Shown here: positions 37,479-45,804 of the stretch, in pieces | How positions within the stretch are numbered: the first letter of the stretch is position 1 | Layout of the letters: every line of letters begins with the position of its first letter | Source: Candidatus Omnitrophota bacterium | Lineage (GTDB): Bacteria > Omnitrophota > Gorgyraeia > Gygaellales > Profunditerraquicolaceae | Direction: 5' to 3' | Length of the DNA stretch: 46,276 bases | Assembly (NCBI GenBank): GCA_016867005.1 | Contig: VGKM01000001.1 | Span: 1 to 46,276 of the forward strand | Made by a program: the position numbers and the translations under genes | Notes under the pieces: model-generated | Databases searched by the model: none | What the model was told of the DNA's origin: nothing | What the model saw: the letters and a program-made list of their open reading frames with translations, nothing else

Positions 37479-38561
37479 CTATAAAACTTTCTTTAGGACC
37501 TTGATAAATCTTTCGTTCTCTTTTTTAGTACCGATTGAAACCCTTATAAAGTTATTTAAACCATATTGCTTCATATCCCTTACAATAACCCCGAATTTAA
37601 GCATTTCCTTAAAAACTCCCAGTCCGTCACGGCCGGCGTCAAAAAGGATAAAATTCGCGGCAGTCGGTACATATGCCAGGCCTAACATAGACAGATTGTC
37701 GTAAATAAACCTCTTGCCTTCTTTATTGATCTCTTTGGTTTTTCGGATAAATTGCTTATCGTCAAGAGCAGCAGCAGCCGCTGCCTGAGCCAGGATATTG
37801 ACATTAAATGGCTGCCTGACTCTTTCCATGTATGAGCACAAATCACTCTGGGCTATCGAATATCCTATTCTTAAGCCCGCCAACCCGTATGCTTTAGAAA
37901 AGGTCTTTAATACAATGACATTGTTTTTGTTGAAATATTTAAGGCCGCTTACGAAATCATCGGCATCAATAAAGACATCATATGCCTCATCCAGGACCAC
38001 AATAACGTTCTTCGGCAGCCCAGCCAGAAAATCATCAAGCTCTGTTTTGTTTACATAGGTACCTGTCGGGTTATTCGGGTTTGCTATGAATACCAGCTTT
38101 GTATTCTTATCGATTTTGTTCCTAATGGCATTAAGGTCAAACTTAAAATATTTTAACGGTACTTTGACTATTTTTTTTGCATTGGCCTGCGAAATGATCC
38201 CATACTCAAGAAACGCCGTATCAGAGGTGATGATATGTTCATCATCTTCGACAAAGGTTTTAATGATTATATCAATAAGCTCGTCTGAGCCGTTGCCTAA
38301 GACGATGTTAGCCGGTGATAAATTCAACGTTTTTGCGATCTTCTTCTTGAGATAGAATCCCGAACTGTCCGGGTAACGGTTTATTTCCGGCAGGGCCTTT
38401 TTAATTGCCCGTATGGCATATGGCGATGAGCCCAGAGGGTTTTCGTTGGAAGCCAGCTTTATCACATCCCTTAAGCCGAGCTGGCGTTTAGTTTCCTCTA
38501 TTGGCTTGCCTGCCACATAAGGGGCTATATTAAAAACACTCTTTCTTGCTAAATTTTCCAT
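37479..38561 (-). CDS. hisC: Histidinol-phosphate / aromatic aminotransferase
   Basis: Class-II aminotransferase pattern: LASNENPLG, NPNNPTG, PLP-lysine region TFSKAYGLAGLRIGY. Embedded among aromatic biosynthesis genes. Confidence 0.85.
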   Translation of the reverse strand: MENLARKSVFNIAPYVAGKPIEETKRQLGLRDVIKLASNENPLGSSPYAIRAIKKALPEINRYPDSSGFYLKKKIAKTLNLSPANIVLGNGSDELIDIIIKTFVEDDEHIITSDTAFLEYGIISQANAKKIVKVPLKYFKFDLNAIRNKIDKNTKLVFIANPNNPTGTYVNKTELDDFLAGLPKNVIVVLDEAYDVFIDADDFVSGLKYFNKNNVIVLKTFSKAYGLAGLRIGYSIAQSDLCSYMERVRQPFNVNILAQAAAAAALDDKQFIRKTKEINKEGKRFIYDNLSMLGLAYVPTAANFILFDAGRDGLGVFKEMLKFGVIVRDMKQYGLNNFIRVSIGTKKENERFIKVLKKVL

Positions 38562-38562
38562 T

Positions 38563-39624
38563 CTATTCTTTTACCGGGTATGAACCGAGTACTTTCAGGA
38601 ATTTGCATTTGCTTTCCAGTTCCTGCAATGCGAGTTTTACTTTAGGATTATCTTTGTGCCCTTTCAGGTCCAGGTAGAAATAATAATCCCAGGCCTTCTT
38701 TTTAGAGGGCCGAGATTCTATTTTTGTCAGGTTAATGCCGTATTTCTTAAAAGGGACCAACATATCATGAAGGGCGCCGATCCTGTCTTTAATAGAAAAA
38801 AGGATCGAGGTCTTATCGTATTTTGTCGGCAGGACGCAGGCGTTCCCGATTACTAAAAACCGTGTAATGTTATGCGGAGAATCTTCGATGTCCTTAGCAA
38901 TGACTTTTAACCCGTAAACTTTGGCCGCTAATAATGATGCGATGCAGGCGCTTTGTTTATCTTTTGCAGCAATTTGGGAAGCGCGCGTAGTGCTGGATAC
39001 TTCGATGGTCTCAACACAAGGCAGATGTTCCTGCAGCCATATCCTGCATTGCCCGAATACCTGCGGGTTTGAATAAACACGTTTTATTTTTTCTCTTGGG
39101 TTTTTCGCTAGCAAGTTATGCGATATATCCAGGATAACCTGGCTGCAAATCTTAAGGTCAGAATCAACGAACATATCCAGTGTATAGCTGATAGCCCCTT
39201 CAATAGAGTTCTCTATGGGCACCACGCCGAAATTAGCGCTCCCCTTTTCAACTTCAAGAAAAACATCAGAAATACTTTCGCAGGGAAGGTACTCCACTTG
39301 CGAGCCGAATCTTTTTAATGCAGCAAGATTCGAAAAACTGGCTTGTGGCCCCAGGTACGCAACAGTGATCTTTTTACCTAAACTCAAGCTTGAAGACATG
39401 ATTTCCCTGTAAATCGCTTCGAGGTTATTATTTGACAGAGGCCCTTTATTTCTGGACAAAATCTTATTAAAAACTTCTATTTCTCGGTCAGGAGAATATA
39501 TACTTTTGCCTCCGCTTGTTTTTGTTTTTGCCACGGCCAGAGCATTCTTTGCGCGTTCGTTTAAAAGCCCAATGATCTTTTCGTCGATTCTATCGATACT
39601 ACGGCGCAATTTTTTCAGATTCAT
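38563..39624 (-). CDS. pheA: Bifunctional chorismate mutase / prephenate dehydratase (P-protein) with ACT domain
   Basis: CM region LRRSIDRIDEKIIGLLNERA, PDT region (GPQASFS..., TRF motif NITRFLVIG), C-terminal ACT (ESRPSKK). Start taken at the ATG at 39624. Confidence 0.9.
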   Translation of the reverse strand: MNLKKLRRSIDRIDEKIIGLLNERAKNALAVAKTKTSGGKSIYSPDREIEVFNKILSRNKGPLSNNNLEAIYREIMSSSLSLGKKITVAYLGPQASFSNLAALKRFGSQVEYLPCESISDVFLEVEKGSANFGVVPIENSIEGAISYTLDMFVDSDLKICSQVILDISHNLLAKNPREKIKRVYSNPQVFGQCRIWLQEHLPCVETIEVSSTTRASQIAAKDKQSACIASLLAAKVYGLKVIAKDIEDSPHNITRFLVIGNACVLPTKYDKTSILFSIKDRIGALHDMLVPFKKYGINLTKIESRPSKKKAWDYYFYLDLKGHKDNPKVKLALQELESKCKFLKVLGSYPVKE

Positions 39625-40252
39625 TTGCCCGCTCCTTTTCCTGATTATCATTTATAGGGTTTTGGTTAGTGCCCTGTTCTTCGATCGGCTCGATTTCAAT
39701 TTGTTGGTCATCTTGGCCGAGAGAAGCATTCATTTTGGAGAAATCTTCCATCTTTGGCAGTTCATTCAGGGATTTCAGGCCGAAATATTCCAGGAATCTC
39801 CTGGTAGTCCCAAAAACAAGCGGCCTTCCCGGCGTTTTTTTTCTGCCGGCTACACGGATTAATTCCTTTTCAAGCAAACTAGCTATGACTCCATCGACAT
39901 TAACATTTCTCAATAACTCTATTTCAAGTTTTGTCAACGGCTGTTTGTATGCAATTATTGCCAGGGTCTCTAATGCGGGTTTGGATAATTTTTCTGTCCT
40001 TTTGCCTTTAAACAGTTTTCGTATGAACGGGGCAAATGCGGGCGCCGTGATCATCTGAAAACCGCCTGCGATTTCAACCAGGCGCAGCCCCCTGTTATTA
40101 GATTCATACTCAGTTTGTATTTCTTCGATAAGTTTCCTGATATCAGCGGTCTGGTATCCTCCAAGCGCAAATTTAATCTGTTCTAGGTTCAGCGGCCGGT
40201 CGCTTGAGAAAAACATTGCTTCGATCGCTGATTTTATATTGTCCTGGCTCAT
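39599..40252 (-). CDS. scpB: Segregation and condensation protein B
   Basis: AIEAMFFSSDRPL N-terminus, two winged-helix repeats (LETLAIIAYKQPLTKLEIE..RG), acidic tail. Confidence 0.85.
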   Translation of the reverse strand: MSQDNIKSAIEAMFFSSDRPLNLEQIKFALGGYQTADIRKLIEEIQTEYESNNRGLRLVEIAGGFQMITAPAFAPFIRKLFKGKRTEKLSKPALETLAIIAYKQPLTKLEIELLRNVNVDGVIASLLEKELIRVAGRKKTPGRPLVFGTTRRFLEYFGLKSLNELPKMEDFSKMNASLGQDDQQIEIEPIEEQGTNQNPINDNQEKERANESEKIAP

Positions 40253-40875
40253 TTTATCTTTTTTTGTTTGTATACCTCATTTAGTAGTTCTTCCGTGGAC
40301 TGAATTCCTGCCGCCTGCTCCATGGCTTTTCTGATCATGTTCATTGCCTCGGACTTCTTGTATTGAAGCTGTGTTAACACATCCAGCGCTTCTTCGATTA
40401 TATCATTACTGCCGATTGAGGGCGCCTTACTTGAAGCATCCTGTATCAAACCGAATTTCCCTACTTTATTCTGAAGTTTAGCGATTATATCCCTTGCTTT
40501 TTGCTGGCCGATACCCGGCAAGGTCCTTAAAAAGTTCATATCGCCTTCATCGATTGCCTTGGCAATAAGCGATATCGGTTTATTAATCGCTTTTAATGCT
40601 GCCCGGGGCCCTATGCCTGAAACGCTTATAAATGCCTGAAAAAATTCTTTCTCAACTTCATTCAGAAAACCGATCAGGATAGGGATGCTTTTTGAGGGCT
40701 CGACTTGAAAATAATGGTATGTGATAAGGTTTATGGAGCCGTCTTCGTCGGTATTTTCTTCTATGCGCTGCATCACCGCCTGCGGCAGGAATATTTCGTA
40801 ACTGATACCGTTTATATCAAGCAGGATATAATTGTCGTTTTTTTCTATTAGCTTGCCTTTTATCCGCGCAATCAT
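40249..40875 (-). CDS. ruvA: Holliday junction DNA helicase subunit RuvA
   Basis: MIARIKGKL N-terminus, HhH motifs (ISVSGIGPRAA; LPGIGQQKA). Confidence 0.9.
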   Translation of the reverse strand: MIARIKGKLIEKNDNYILLDINGISYEIFLPQAVMQRIEENTDEDGSINLITYHYFQVEPSKSIPILIGFLNEVEKEFFQAFISVSGIGPRAALKAINKPISLIAKAIDEGDMNFLRTLPGIGQQKARDIIAKLQNKVGKFGLIQDASSKAPSIGSNDIIEEALDVLTQLQYKKSEAMNMIRKAMEQAAGIQSTEELLNEVYKQKKIK

Positions 40876-40881
40876 ATTATT

Positions 40882-41358
40882 TTATGCCCTTGTTATATAA
40901 CAGTGCGCTATGGCTAAGGCCAACGCATCGGTAACGTCGTTATATTTAGGCAGGCCTTGCAGGCCCAGGATATCGGCGACCATTTTTTGCACCTGAGTTT
41001 TTGAAGCAAGCCCCCTGCCTACAATTGCCTTTTTTATCCTGGTAGCGCCATATTCCATCAACGGTACATTCTGGCTGGCGCAAGCCAGGGCTATTACGCC
41101 TCGCGCATGCCCCAAAATATATGAAGTCGCCGGATGCCTGTAATGGGAATATATTTTTTCAAGGACCATGCAGTCCGGTTTTGTATCTTTGATTAGTTTA
41201 ACGACTGCCTTAAAGATTTTATTCAATCTTAATGCCAAGTTATCTTTTGAAGAAGTGCTGATGATGCCTGCTTCTAACAGCGAAAATTTCTTTTCCCTTA
41301 TATTGATCGCCCCATAACCCGTAATAGAAAGTGCAGGGTCTATCCCCAGGACTATCAT
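40882..41358 (-). CDS. ruvC: Crossover junction endodeoxyribonuclease RuvC
   Basis: IVLGIDPALSITGYG N-terminus, catalytic acidic residues, C-terminal DALALAIAH. Confidence 0.9.
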   Translation of the reverse strand: MIVLGIDPALSITGYGAINIREKKFSLLEAGIISTSSKDNLALRLNKIFKAVVKLIKDTKPDCMVLEKIYSHYRHPATSYILGHARGVIALACASQNVPLMEYGATRIKKAIVGRGLASKTQVQKMVADILGLQGLPKYNDVTDALALAIAHCYITRA

Positions 41359-41361
41359 ATT

Positions 41362-42114
41362 TCAGGCATTAGAAAGCTCTTCAATTATTTCATCGGGGAT
41401 ATCGAAGTTTGCATATACTTGCTGCACATCGTCATGTTCTTCAAGTGCTTCAACAAGCCCTAAGAGCTGCTTTGCTTCATTCCCAGCGATTTTTATTGTT
41501 GATGAAGGGATCATGGTCACTTCTGCATCCTGGCATTTGATCCCCTTGGCATCGATCGCCTGTTTTACTTTCTCAAAATTCTGCGGCACGGTGAAGACCT
41601 CAAAATTCTTTTCGTCTGATTTCATATCTTCGGCACCCGCTTCCAGGACAAGAGACATCAACTCATCCTCATTTGCCTGCGATTTCTCAATTAAAAAGTA
41701 GCCTTTTTTTGTAAACATCCAGCTTACTGCGCCGGCGCCGGCAAAATTGCCCCCTCTTTTTGACATTATATTACGCAATTCTGCACTTGTCCTGTTTTTG
41801 TTATCGGTAAGAGCTTCAACCATAATTGCAACTCCTCCGGGGCCATAAGCTTCATAGGTGACGCTTTCATATATAACTCCCGGAATCTCACCCGTGCCTC
41901 GTTTTATTGCCATCTTTACATTGTCCTGAGGCATGTTTGCTTCTTTGGCTTTCATCATTACTGCGCGGAGCCTGGAATTAATATCCGGATTACCGCCTCC
42001 TTCGCGAGCGACTATAGTAAGCTCTTTGATGATTTTTGTATACAGCGCGCCTTTTTTAGCGTCGGCTGCCATTTTTTTGCCCTTATTTGTCTTCCATTTA
42101 GAATGACCTGACAT
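41362..42114 (-). CDS. yebC: YebC/PmpR family DNA-binding transcriptional regulator
   Basis: MSGHSKW...KG...KIIKELT..AR.GGG.P..N.RLR motif. 250 aa. Conserved yebC-ruvC-ruvA order. Confidence 0.9.
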   Translation of the reverse strand: MSGHSKWKTNKGKKMAADAKKGALYTKIIKELTIVAREGGGNPDINSRLRAVMMKAKEANMPQDNVKMAIKRGTGEIPGVIYESVTYEAYGPGGVAIMVEALTDNKNRTSAELRNIMSKRGGNFAGAGAVSWMFTKKGYFLIEKSQANEDELMSLVLEAGAEDMKSDEKNFEVFTVPQNFEKVKQAIDAKGIKCQDAEVTMIPSSTIKIAGNEAKQLLGLVEALEEHDDVQQVYANFDIPDEIIEELSNA

Positions 42115-42178
42115 GATTTAGACCTCCTGAATTAAATGTTTAACTACACACGCTATACCCAATACTCAAAATAAATAA

Positions 42179-42541
42179 GGACAGGCATATAAGCCGGGTT
42201 CTGTCTTGATGCGATTGTTTCGCTTCAGAAATGGCCATTCCTCTAAGTCCCGGTGTTACCACCGGGATCAAGCAGCCTACCCTCCCGCCCTTCCTTAAAT
42301 AGGTTATCGGAGGGGCCGTCCTTATCCTGTCTCTCGACAGGAAGGGCGGGACTATTCGGCTTTGCTCCACGCAGAGATTGCTCGTTTCACATCTTCGCCA
42401 AGGCGAAGGCTCGTCTCTGTAGCTCTGATCCTCATCTTGATTACTCAGGATGGATGGGAGTTACCCACTACGCCGCCCCATGGAGCCCGGACTTTCCTCC
42501 CCTGCGCCTTACGGTGCAGGGGCAGCCATATCTGCCTGTCC
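42179..42541 (-). ncRNA. rnpB: RNase P RNA, bacterial type A
   Basis: Minus strand contains GGGGAGGAAAGTCCGGGCTCCA (P4 5' strand, plus-strand 42481-42502), GGGTAGGCTGCTTGA and ACAGAACCCGGCTTAT (P4 3' strand). The P1 stem GGACAGGCA...TGCCTGTCC defines the ends. Confidence 0.85.
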
Positions 42542-42553
42542 TAATTTTCAAAA

Positions 42554-42967
42554 CTAACCGTGGTTCTTAAAAAATTCCTTGATCGCTTTATTTGCTAACT
42601 TATCCGCACCGGTATTTTGTGTGCGCGGAATATGGCACACCTCTACTTTTTCAAATGCGGAAATTAAATGCATTGCCTGTTTAAATAATACGGCAATATT
42701 TGCATTTTTCACTTTATATTCACGGTTCAACTGCCGGCATAAAAGCTGGCTGTCGGAATAGACATAAATTTCTGGCGCTTTCATTATCAGGGCTTCCTGC
42801 AATGCAAATATCAACGCCGTGTATTCTGCGACATTATTCGTAGTTTTACCGATATAACTTGAAATATTCTTTAGGACTTCGTTTCCCCTGCAAATGACTA
42901 CGCCGATTCCGGCAGCTCCGGGATTACCTTTTGAAGCACCGTCAATATAGATATCCATCCGGCTCAT
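42554..42967 (-). CDS. rnhA: RNase HI family protein (RVT_3 / archaeal-type RNase HI)
   Basis: IYIDGASKGNPGAAGIGVVI, NNVAEYTALI, YSDSQL, and a C-terminal NTGADKLAN pattern of DEDD RNase H. Confidence 0.8.
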   Translation of the reverse strand: MSRMDIYIDGASKGNPGAAGIGVVICRGNEVLKNISSYIGKTTNNVAEYTALIFALQEALIMKAPEIYVYSDSQLLCRQLNREYKVKNANIAVLFKQAMHLISAFEKVEVCHIPRTQNTGADKLANKAIKEFFKNHG

Positions 42968-43683
42968 TCGTCTATATAAAGGATGCGGTTGCAGATCTCG
43001 CAGGTAATAATATTATCGTACATTTTTATAAGATTGATCACCTGGGGAGGCATTGACATGTTGCAGCCCTGGCATGAACCGTTTTTAACTAAAACGATCC
43101 CCAGGCCGTCCCTGTTCGCCAGGATCCTTTCATATTGAGTGAAGATTTTCTGATCGATTTCCGGGATTACTTGTTTTCTTTGCCCTTCCAAAACAGCCAA
43201 GCGGTCATCGATTATTTTAATCCGCTCTTCTACTTTTTTCTTCTCTTGGTTAAATATCGTTTCTTCTTCTTTCAGGCGCGACTTTTCTTGATCGATCTCG
43301 ATTTTTAACTTATCTATCTGTTCCAGCGCCTGCAGGATCTTGTCTTCCGTAACAGAAACATCTGCTTTAGCATCGGCGATCTGCTGCAGCATCGTGTTGT
43401 ACTCTTTATTTGTTTTAAGCGCATATAACTGTGATTGTAATTTTTTAACGCCTTCTTCTTTTGTGCCAAGCTCAAGCTCTATATCTTTTTTTTGCTTTTG
43501 TATGTCCTGTGAATTTTTCTCAAGCTCGGCAAGCATCTTCTTTTTTTCTTCGAATCTGGCCTCGATTTCTCGGATCTCCAGAGGTTTTGATTCCTTTTCA
43601 TTATTCAAAGAATAAATTTCTGAGTCAAGCGCCTGTAACTTTACCAGGCTTTCCAGTTGCGATTTTAGGTTTATACCTTCCAA
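42964..43683 (-). CDS. Coiled-coil C4 zinc-ribbon protein (DUF164/COG1579)
   Basis: ~190 aa coiled coil, then CQGC...(24 aa)...CEIC zinc ribbon. Typical DUF164 architecture. Confidence 0.75.
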   Translation of the reverse strand: MEGINLKSQLESLVKLQALDSEIYSLNNEKESKPLEIREIEARFEEKKKMLAELEKNSQDIQKQKKDIELELGTKEEGVKKLQSQLYALKTNKEYNTMLQQIADAKADVSVTEDKILQALEQIDKLKIEIDQEKSRLKEEETIFNQEKKKVEERIKIIDDRLAVLEGQRKQVIPEIDQKIFTQYERILANRDGLGIVLVKNGSCQGCNMSMPPQVINLIKMYDNIITCEICNRILYIDE

Positions 43684-43710
43684 TTATCTTTCCTTTTTAT
43701 AATCATCAAA

Positions 43711-43784
43711 TGGGCATTAGAGGATTTGAACCTCTGGCCTCTACAATGTGAGTGTAGCGCTCTAACCAGCTGAGCTAAATGCCC
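43711..43784 (-). tRNA. tRNA-Val (CAC)
   Basis: Canonical cloverleaf: GGGCATT TA GCTC AGCTGGTTA GAGC G CTACA CTCACAT TGTAG AGGCC AGAGG TTCAAAT CCTCT AATGCCC A. Confidence 0.9.
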
Positions 43785-43797
43785 AGACTACTCCGAC

Positions 43798-43869
43798 TGG
43801 GCCCAGAAGGGTTCGGACCTCCGACCAAGTGATTATGAGTCACCTGCTCTACCACTGAGCTATGGGCCC
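43798..43869 (-). tRNA. tRNA with CAT anticodon, probably tRNA-Ile2 (lysidine-modified) rather than elongator Met
   Basis: GGGCCCA TA GCTC AGTGGTA GAGC A GGTGA CTCATAA TCACT TGGTC GGAGG TCCGAAC CCTTC TGGGCCC A. The C4:G69/C5:G68 pairs and the anticodon arm resemble E. coli ileX as I remember it. The T-loop has C at position 55. Confidence 0.7.
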
Positions 43870-44984
43870 TAAGTATTAACTAACTCTTTATTTACAAATG
43901 ACTTATCAGAAATGTCTTCTGTGGATAACTTTTCAAAATTTAACCATTGTGCCAATTTTGTGCCAAAATTTGCACTAAGTCTATCGCCGAGCAACTCAAC
44001 TGCCCGTTTTTTATGATCCGGTGATAAATGGCTGTATCTTAACGTCATATCCAAAGTTTTATGGCCCAGTAATTCTCTTACTGTATTTAAATCAATGCCG
44101 TTCATCACAAGATGAGAGGCAAAAGTATGCCTTAAATCATGGAATCTGAAACTAGAATTTTTAAGTATACCAGATTTTTTACATGCTGTAAAGAACGATT
44201 TTTTTATATCACCGAATGGCTCACCGTTCTTATTGCAAAAAACATATGGGCTATCAGGGTGTTTTCTTATTTTCAATAAAAATGATTTAACTTCGTTGTT
44301 CATTCTGATTTCTCTTTTTTCTCCATTCTTTGTTTGGCAGAGGTATATTATATCTCTTTTAAAATCAATATCGTGCCATTTAAGATTTAAGATCTCGCCC
44401 TTCCTCATGCCTGTATGCAGCGCAATAATTACAATCGGCTTTAAATGTTCATCGCAATTAGCCAATAATTTGAATATTTCTTCTTTTTCCAGAAAACGAA
44501 GGCGGGGCTGTTCTTTAAATAATCTAACGCCCTTAACAGGATTCTTACCGTTAAACCGGCCCCATGCTATAGCTTTATTAAAAAGGCATTTTAAGCAAGC
44601 CAAATCTCTATTAACCGTAGCACCGGAAACCTCACCTGCCCTCTTTGTCTTAAACTTTTCAACTTCAAAAGGCGTTATTTCGTGTAAAAATTTATCTCCA
44701 AAATATCTATGTAGAGTATTAGTCCTATCGATGTCTGAATGATATGACCTCTTATTTTTTGCGTGTACTTCTAAATATTCTTGGGCAAAGAATTTAAACT
44801 TAATTTTCTCAAATTTCCTAATATTCAAAAAAATACCCTCTGCTACTTCAGTAAGCCTTTTACTTAAGACTGTTTCTGCAAAACGCTTGTTCTCGCCAGC
44901 CGCTTCCCTTACCCTATGACCATCAGCAAAAAAATCTATATACCAAATCTTGCCCCGCCTATACACCCTGCCTTTTCTATACAT
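43869..44984 (-). CDS. int: Tyrosine recombinase / phage-type integrase
   Basis: SAM-like N-domain. Catalytic R...HDLRHTFASHLVMNG...LLGH...TLRYSH (R-H-R-H-Y). The stop codon TAG (43871-43869) touches the 5' nucleotide of the tRNA. Confidence 0.9.
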   Translation of the reverse strand: MYRKGRVYRRGKIWYIDFFADGHRVREAAGENKRFAETVLSKRLTEVAEGIFLNIRKFEKIKFKFFAQEYLEVHAKNKRSYHSDIDRTNTLHRYFGDKFLHEITPFEVEKFKTKRAGEVSGATVNRDLACLKCLFNKAIAWGRFNGKNPVKGVRLFKEQPRLRFLEKEEIFKLLANCDEHLKPIVIIALHTGMRKGEILNLKWHDIDFKRDIIYLCQTKNGEKREIRMNNEVKSFLLKIRKHPDSPYVFCNKNGEPFGDIKKSFFTACKKSGILKNSSFRFHDLRHTFASHLVMNGIDLNTVRELLGHKTLDMTLRYSHLSPDHKKRAVELLGDRLSANFGTKLAQWLNFEKLSTEDISDKSFVNKELVNT

Positions 44985-44987
44985 AAC

Positions 44988-45185
44988 TCACCTGCCTGCT
45001 ATAATTTTTTTTAACTTCTCAAAATCCTCTTCTGTCCAATAGCGGTAATTTGACATTAGTTCACGTTTTGCTTTGGGGATTTTGCCTGTTTTTTCCCAAT
45101 AAAACAGGGTCCGGCGCTCAACGCCTAGATGATTTTCTATTTCTCGTATATAATACTTCTTGCCAATTTTTTTCATACTTTTCAT
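44988..45185 (-). CDS. Small MerR-type HTH protein (excisionase/regulator candidate)
   Basis: YYIREIENHLGVERRTLFYWEKTGKIP is a MerR-like HTH. 65 aa, 3 nt upstream of int. The real start may be Met4 (45176). Confidence 0.6.
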   Translation of the reverse strand: MKSMKKIGKKYYIREIENHLGVERRTLFYWEKTGKIPKAKRELMSNYRYWTEEDFEKLKKIIAGR

Positions 45186-45214
45186 AGTTTAACATTTAAT
45201 GAATTCTTTGTCAA
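45186..45214 (-). promoter_or_regulatory. Near-consensus extended -10 promoter for the HTH-int operon
   Basis: Minus strand: TTGACA (45214-45209), 17 nt, TGT-TAAACT (-10 at 45191-45186), directly abutting the annotated ATG (45185). Confidence 0.35.
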
Positions 45215-45220
45215 ACTATT

Positions 45221-45421
45221 TTATAGCCCAGGATTAATATGCTGATGCTCTAACCAAGCATCTATTTCTCGCAAATTAAACCGGACTATCTTCCCTATTT
45301 TATAGTAAGGTATCTTCTTCAACTGAATCCACAGATATATAGTATGAATACTTATACCCATGTATTGGGAAAGTTCTTTTACTGATAAGTATTGTTTATT
45401 TTCTATATACGTTTTGTTCAT
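45221..45421 (-). CDS. Excisionase/AlpA-type HTH_17 DNA-binding protein
   Basis: LSVKELSQYMGISIHTIYLWIQLKKIPYYKIGKIVRFNLREIDAWL matches the Xis/AlpA winged-HTH pattern. Confidence 0.7.
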   Translation of the reverse strand: MNKTYIENKQYLSVKELSQYMGISIHTIYLWIQLKKIPYYKIGKIVRFNLREIDAWLEHQHINPGL

Positions 45422-45468
45422 TACATACCATAACCCTTTTTCTCAAAAATCGCCTCGCTACGGGCTTC

Positions 45469-45630
45469 CTAGCAATTCTGCTGTGCTTGCAGGGTACCCC
45501 CTTCTTTAAGTTTGGCAGAATCTTGCTGCTTGCTTTTAAAGAATGGGCAATTAACGACTTTTACCTGTTGCCATTGCTTACACTCCTGAATACATTGAGC
45601 GCAAAGCTTGTTTACTCCATTTAAAGGCAT
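45469..45630 (-). CDS. Possible 53-aa Cys-rich mini-protein (below the ORF-track cutoff)
   Basis: My translation: MPLNGVNKLCAQCIQECKQWQQVKVVNCPFFKSKQQDSAKLKEGGTLQAQQNC. CxxCxxxC...C spacing. GGGGA about 13 nt upstream. Not otherwise supported. Confidence 0.3.
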   Translation of the reverse strand: MPLNGVNKLCAQCIQECKQWQQVKVVNCPFFKSKQQDSAKLKEGGTLQAQQNC

Positions 45631-45735
45631 ATTTCCGCATTCCCCTTTTGCTTAACTTATCCACAGAATTAACAGTCATTTACTTACTACTATTTTTTTA
45701 ATATTCTTCTATTCTTATATACGTGGTATATGCCT

Positions 45736-45804
45736 CCACCTTTTTGGGTGGACTATAGACCACTATGAGGGTGGTCGCGTATCCACTACCCTGGTGGTTA
45801 AATG
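45736..45804. repeat. Three tandem ~23-bp iterons, each an imperfect palindrome CCAC-N(6-7)-GGTGG
   Basis: CCACCTTTTTGGGTGGACTATAGA (45736-45759), CCACTATGAGGGTGGTCGCGTAT (45760-45782), CCACTACCCTGGTGGTTAAATG (45783-45804). GGTGG cores at 45747, 45770 and 45793, spaced 23 bp apart. Confidence 0.55.

Noticed and set aside
42140-42570. Three track ORFs (42140-42370 -, 42253-42570 +, 42362-42544 +)
   Set aside because: They lie entirely over the RNase P RNA gene, whose conserved P4 and P1 elements explain the region. The GC-rich structured RNA produces spurious open frames.
44233-44742. 169-aa plus-strand ORF inside the integrase gene
   Set aside because: It is antisense to a complete tyrosine recombinase with all catalytic residues. 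AT-rich sequence readily gives long antisense frames.
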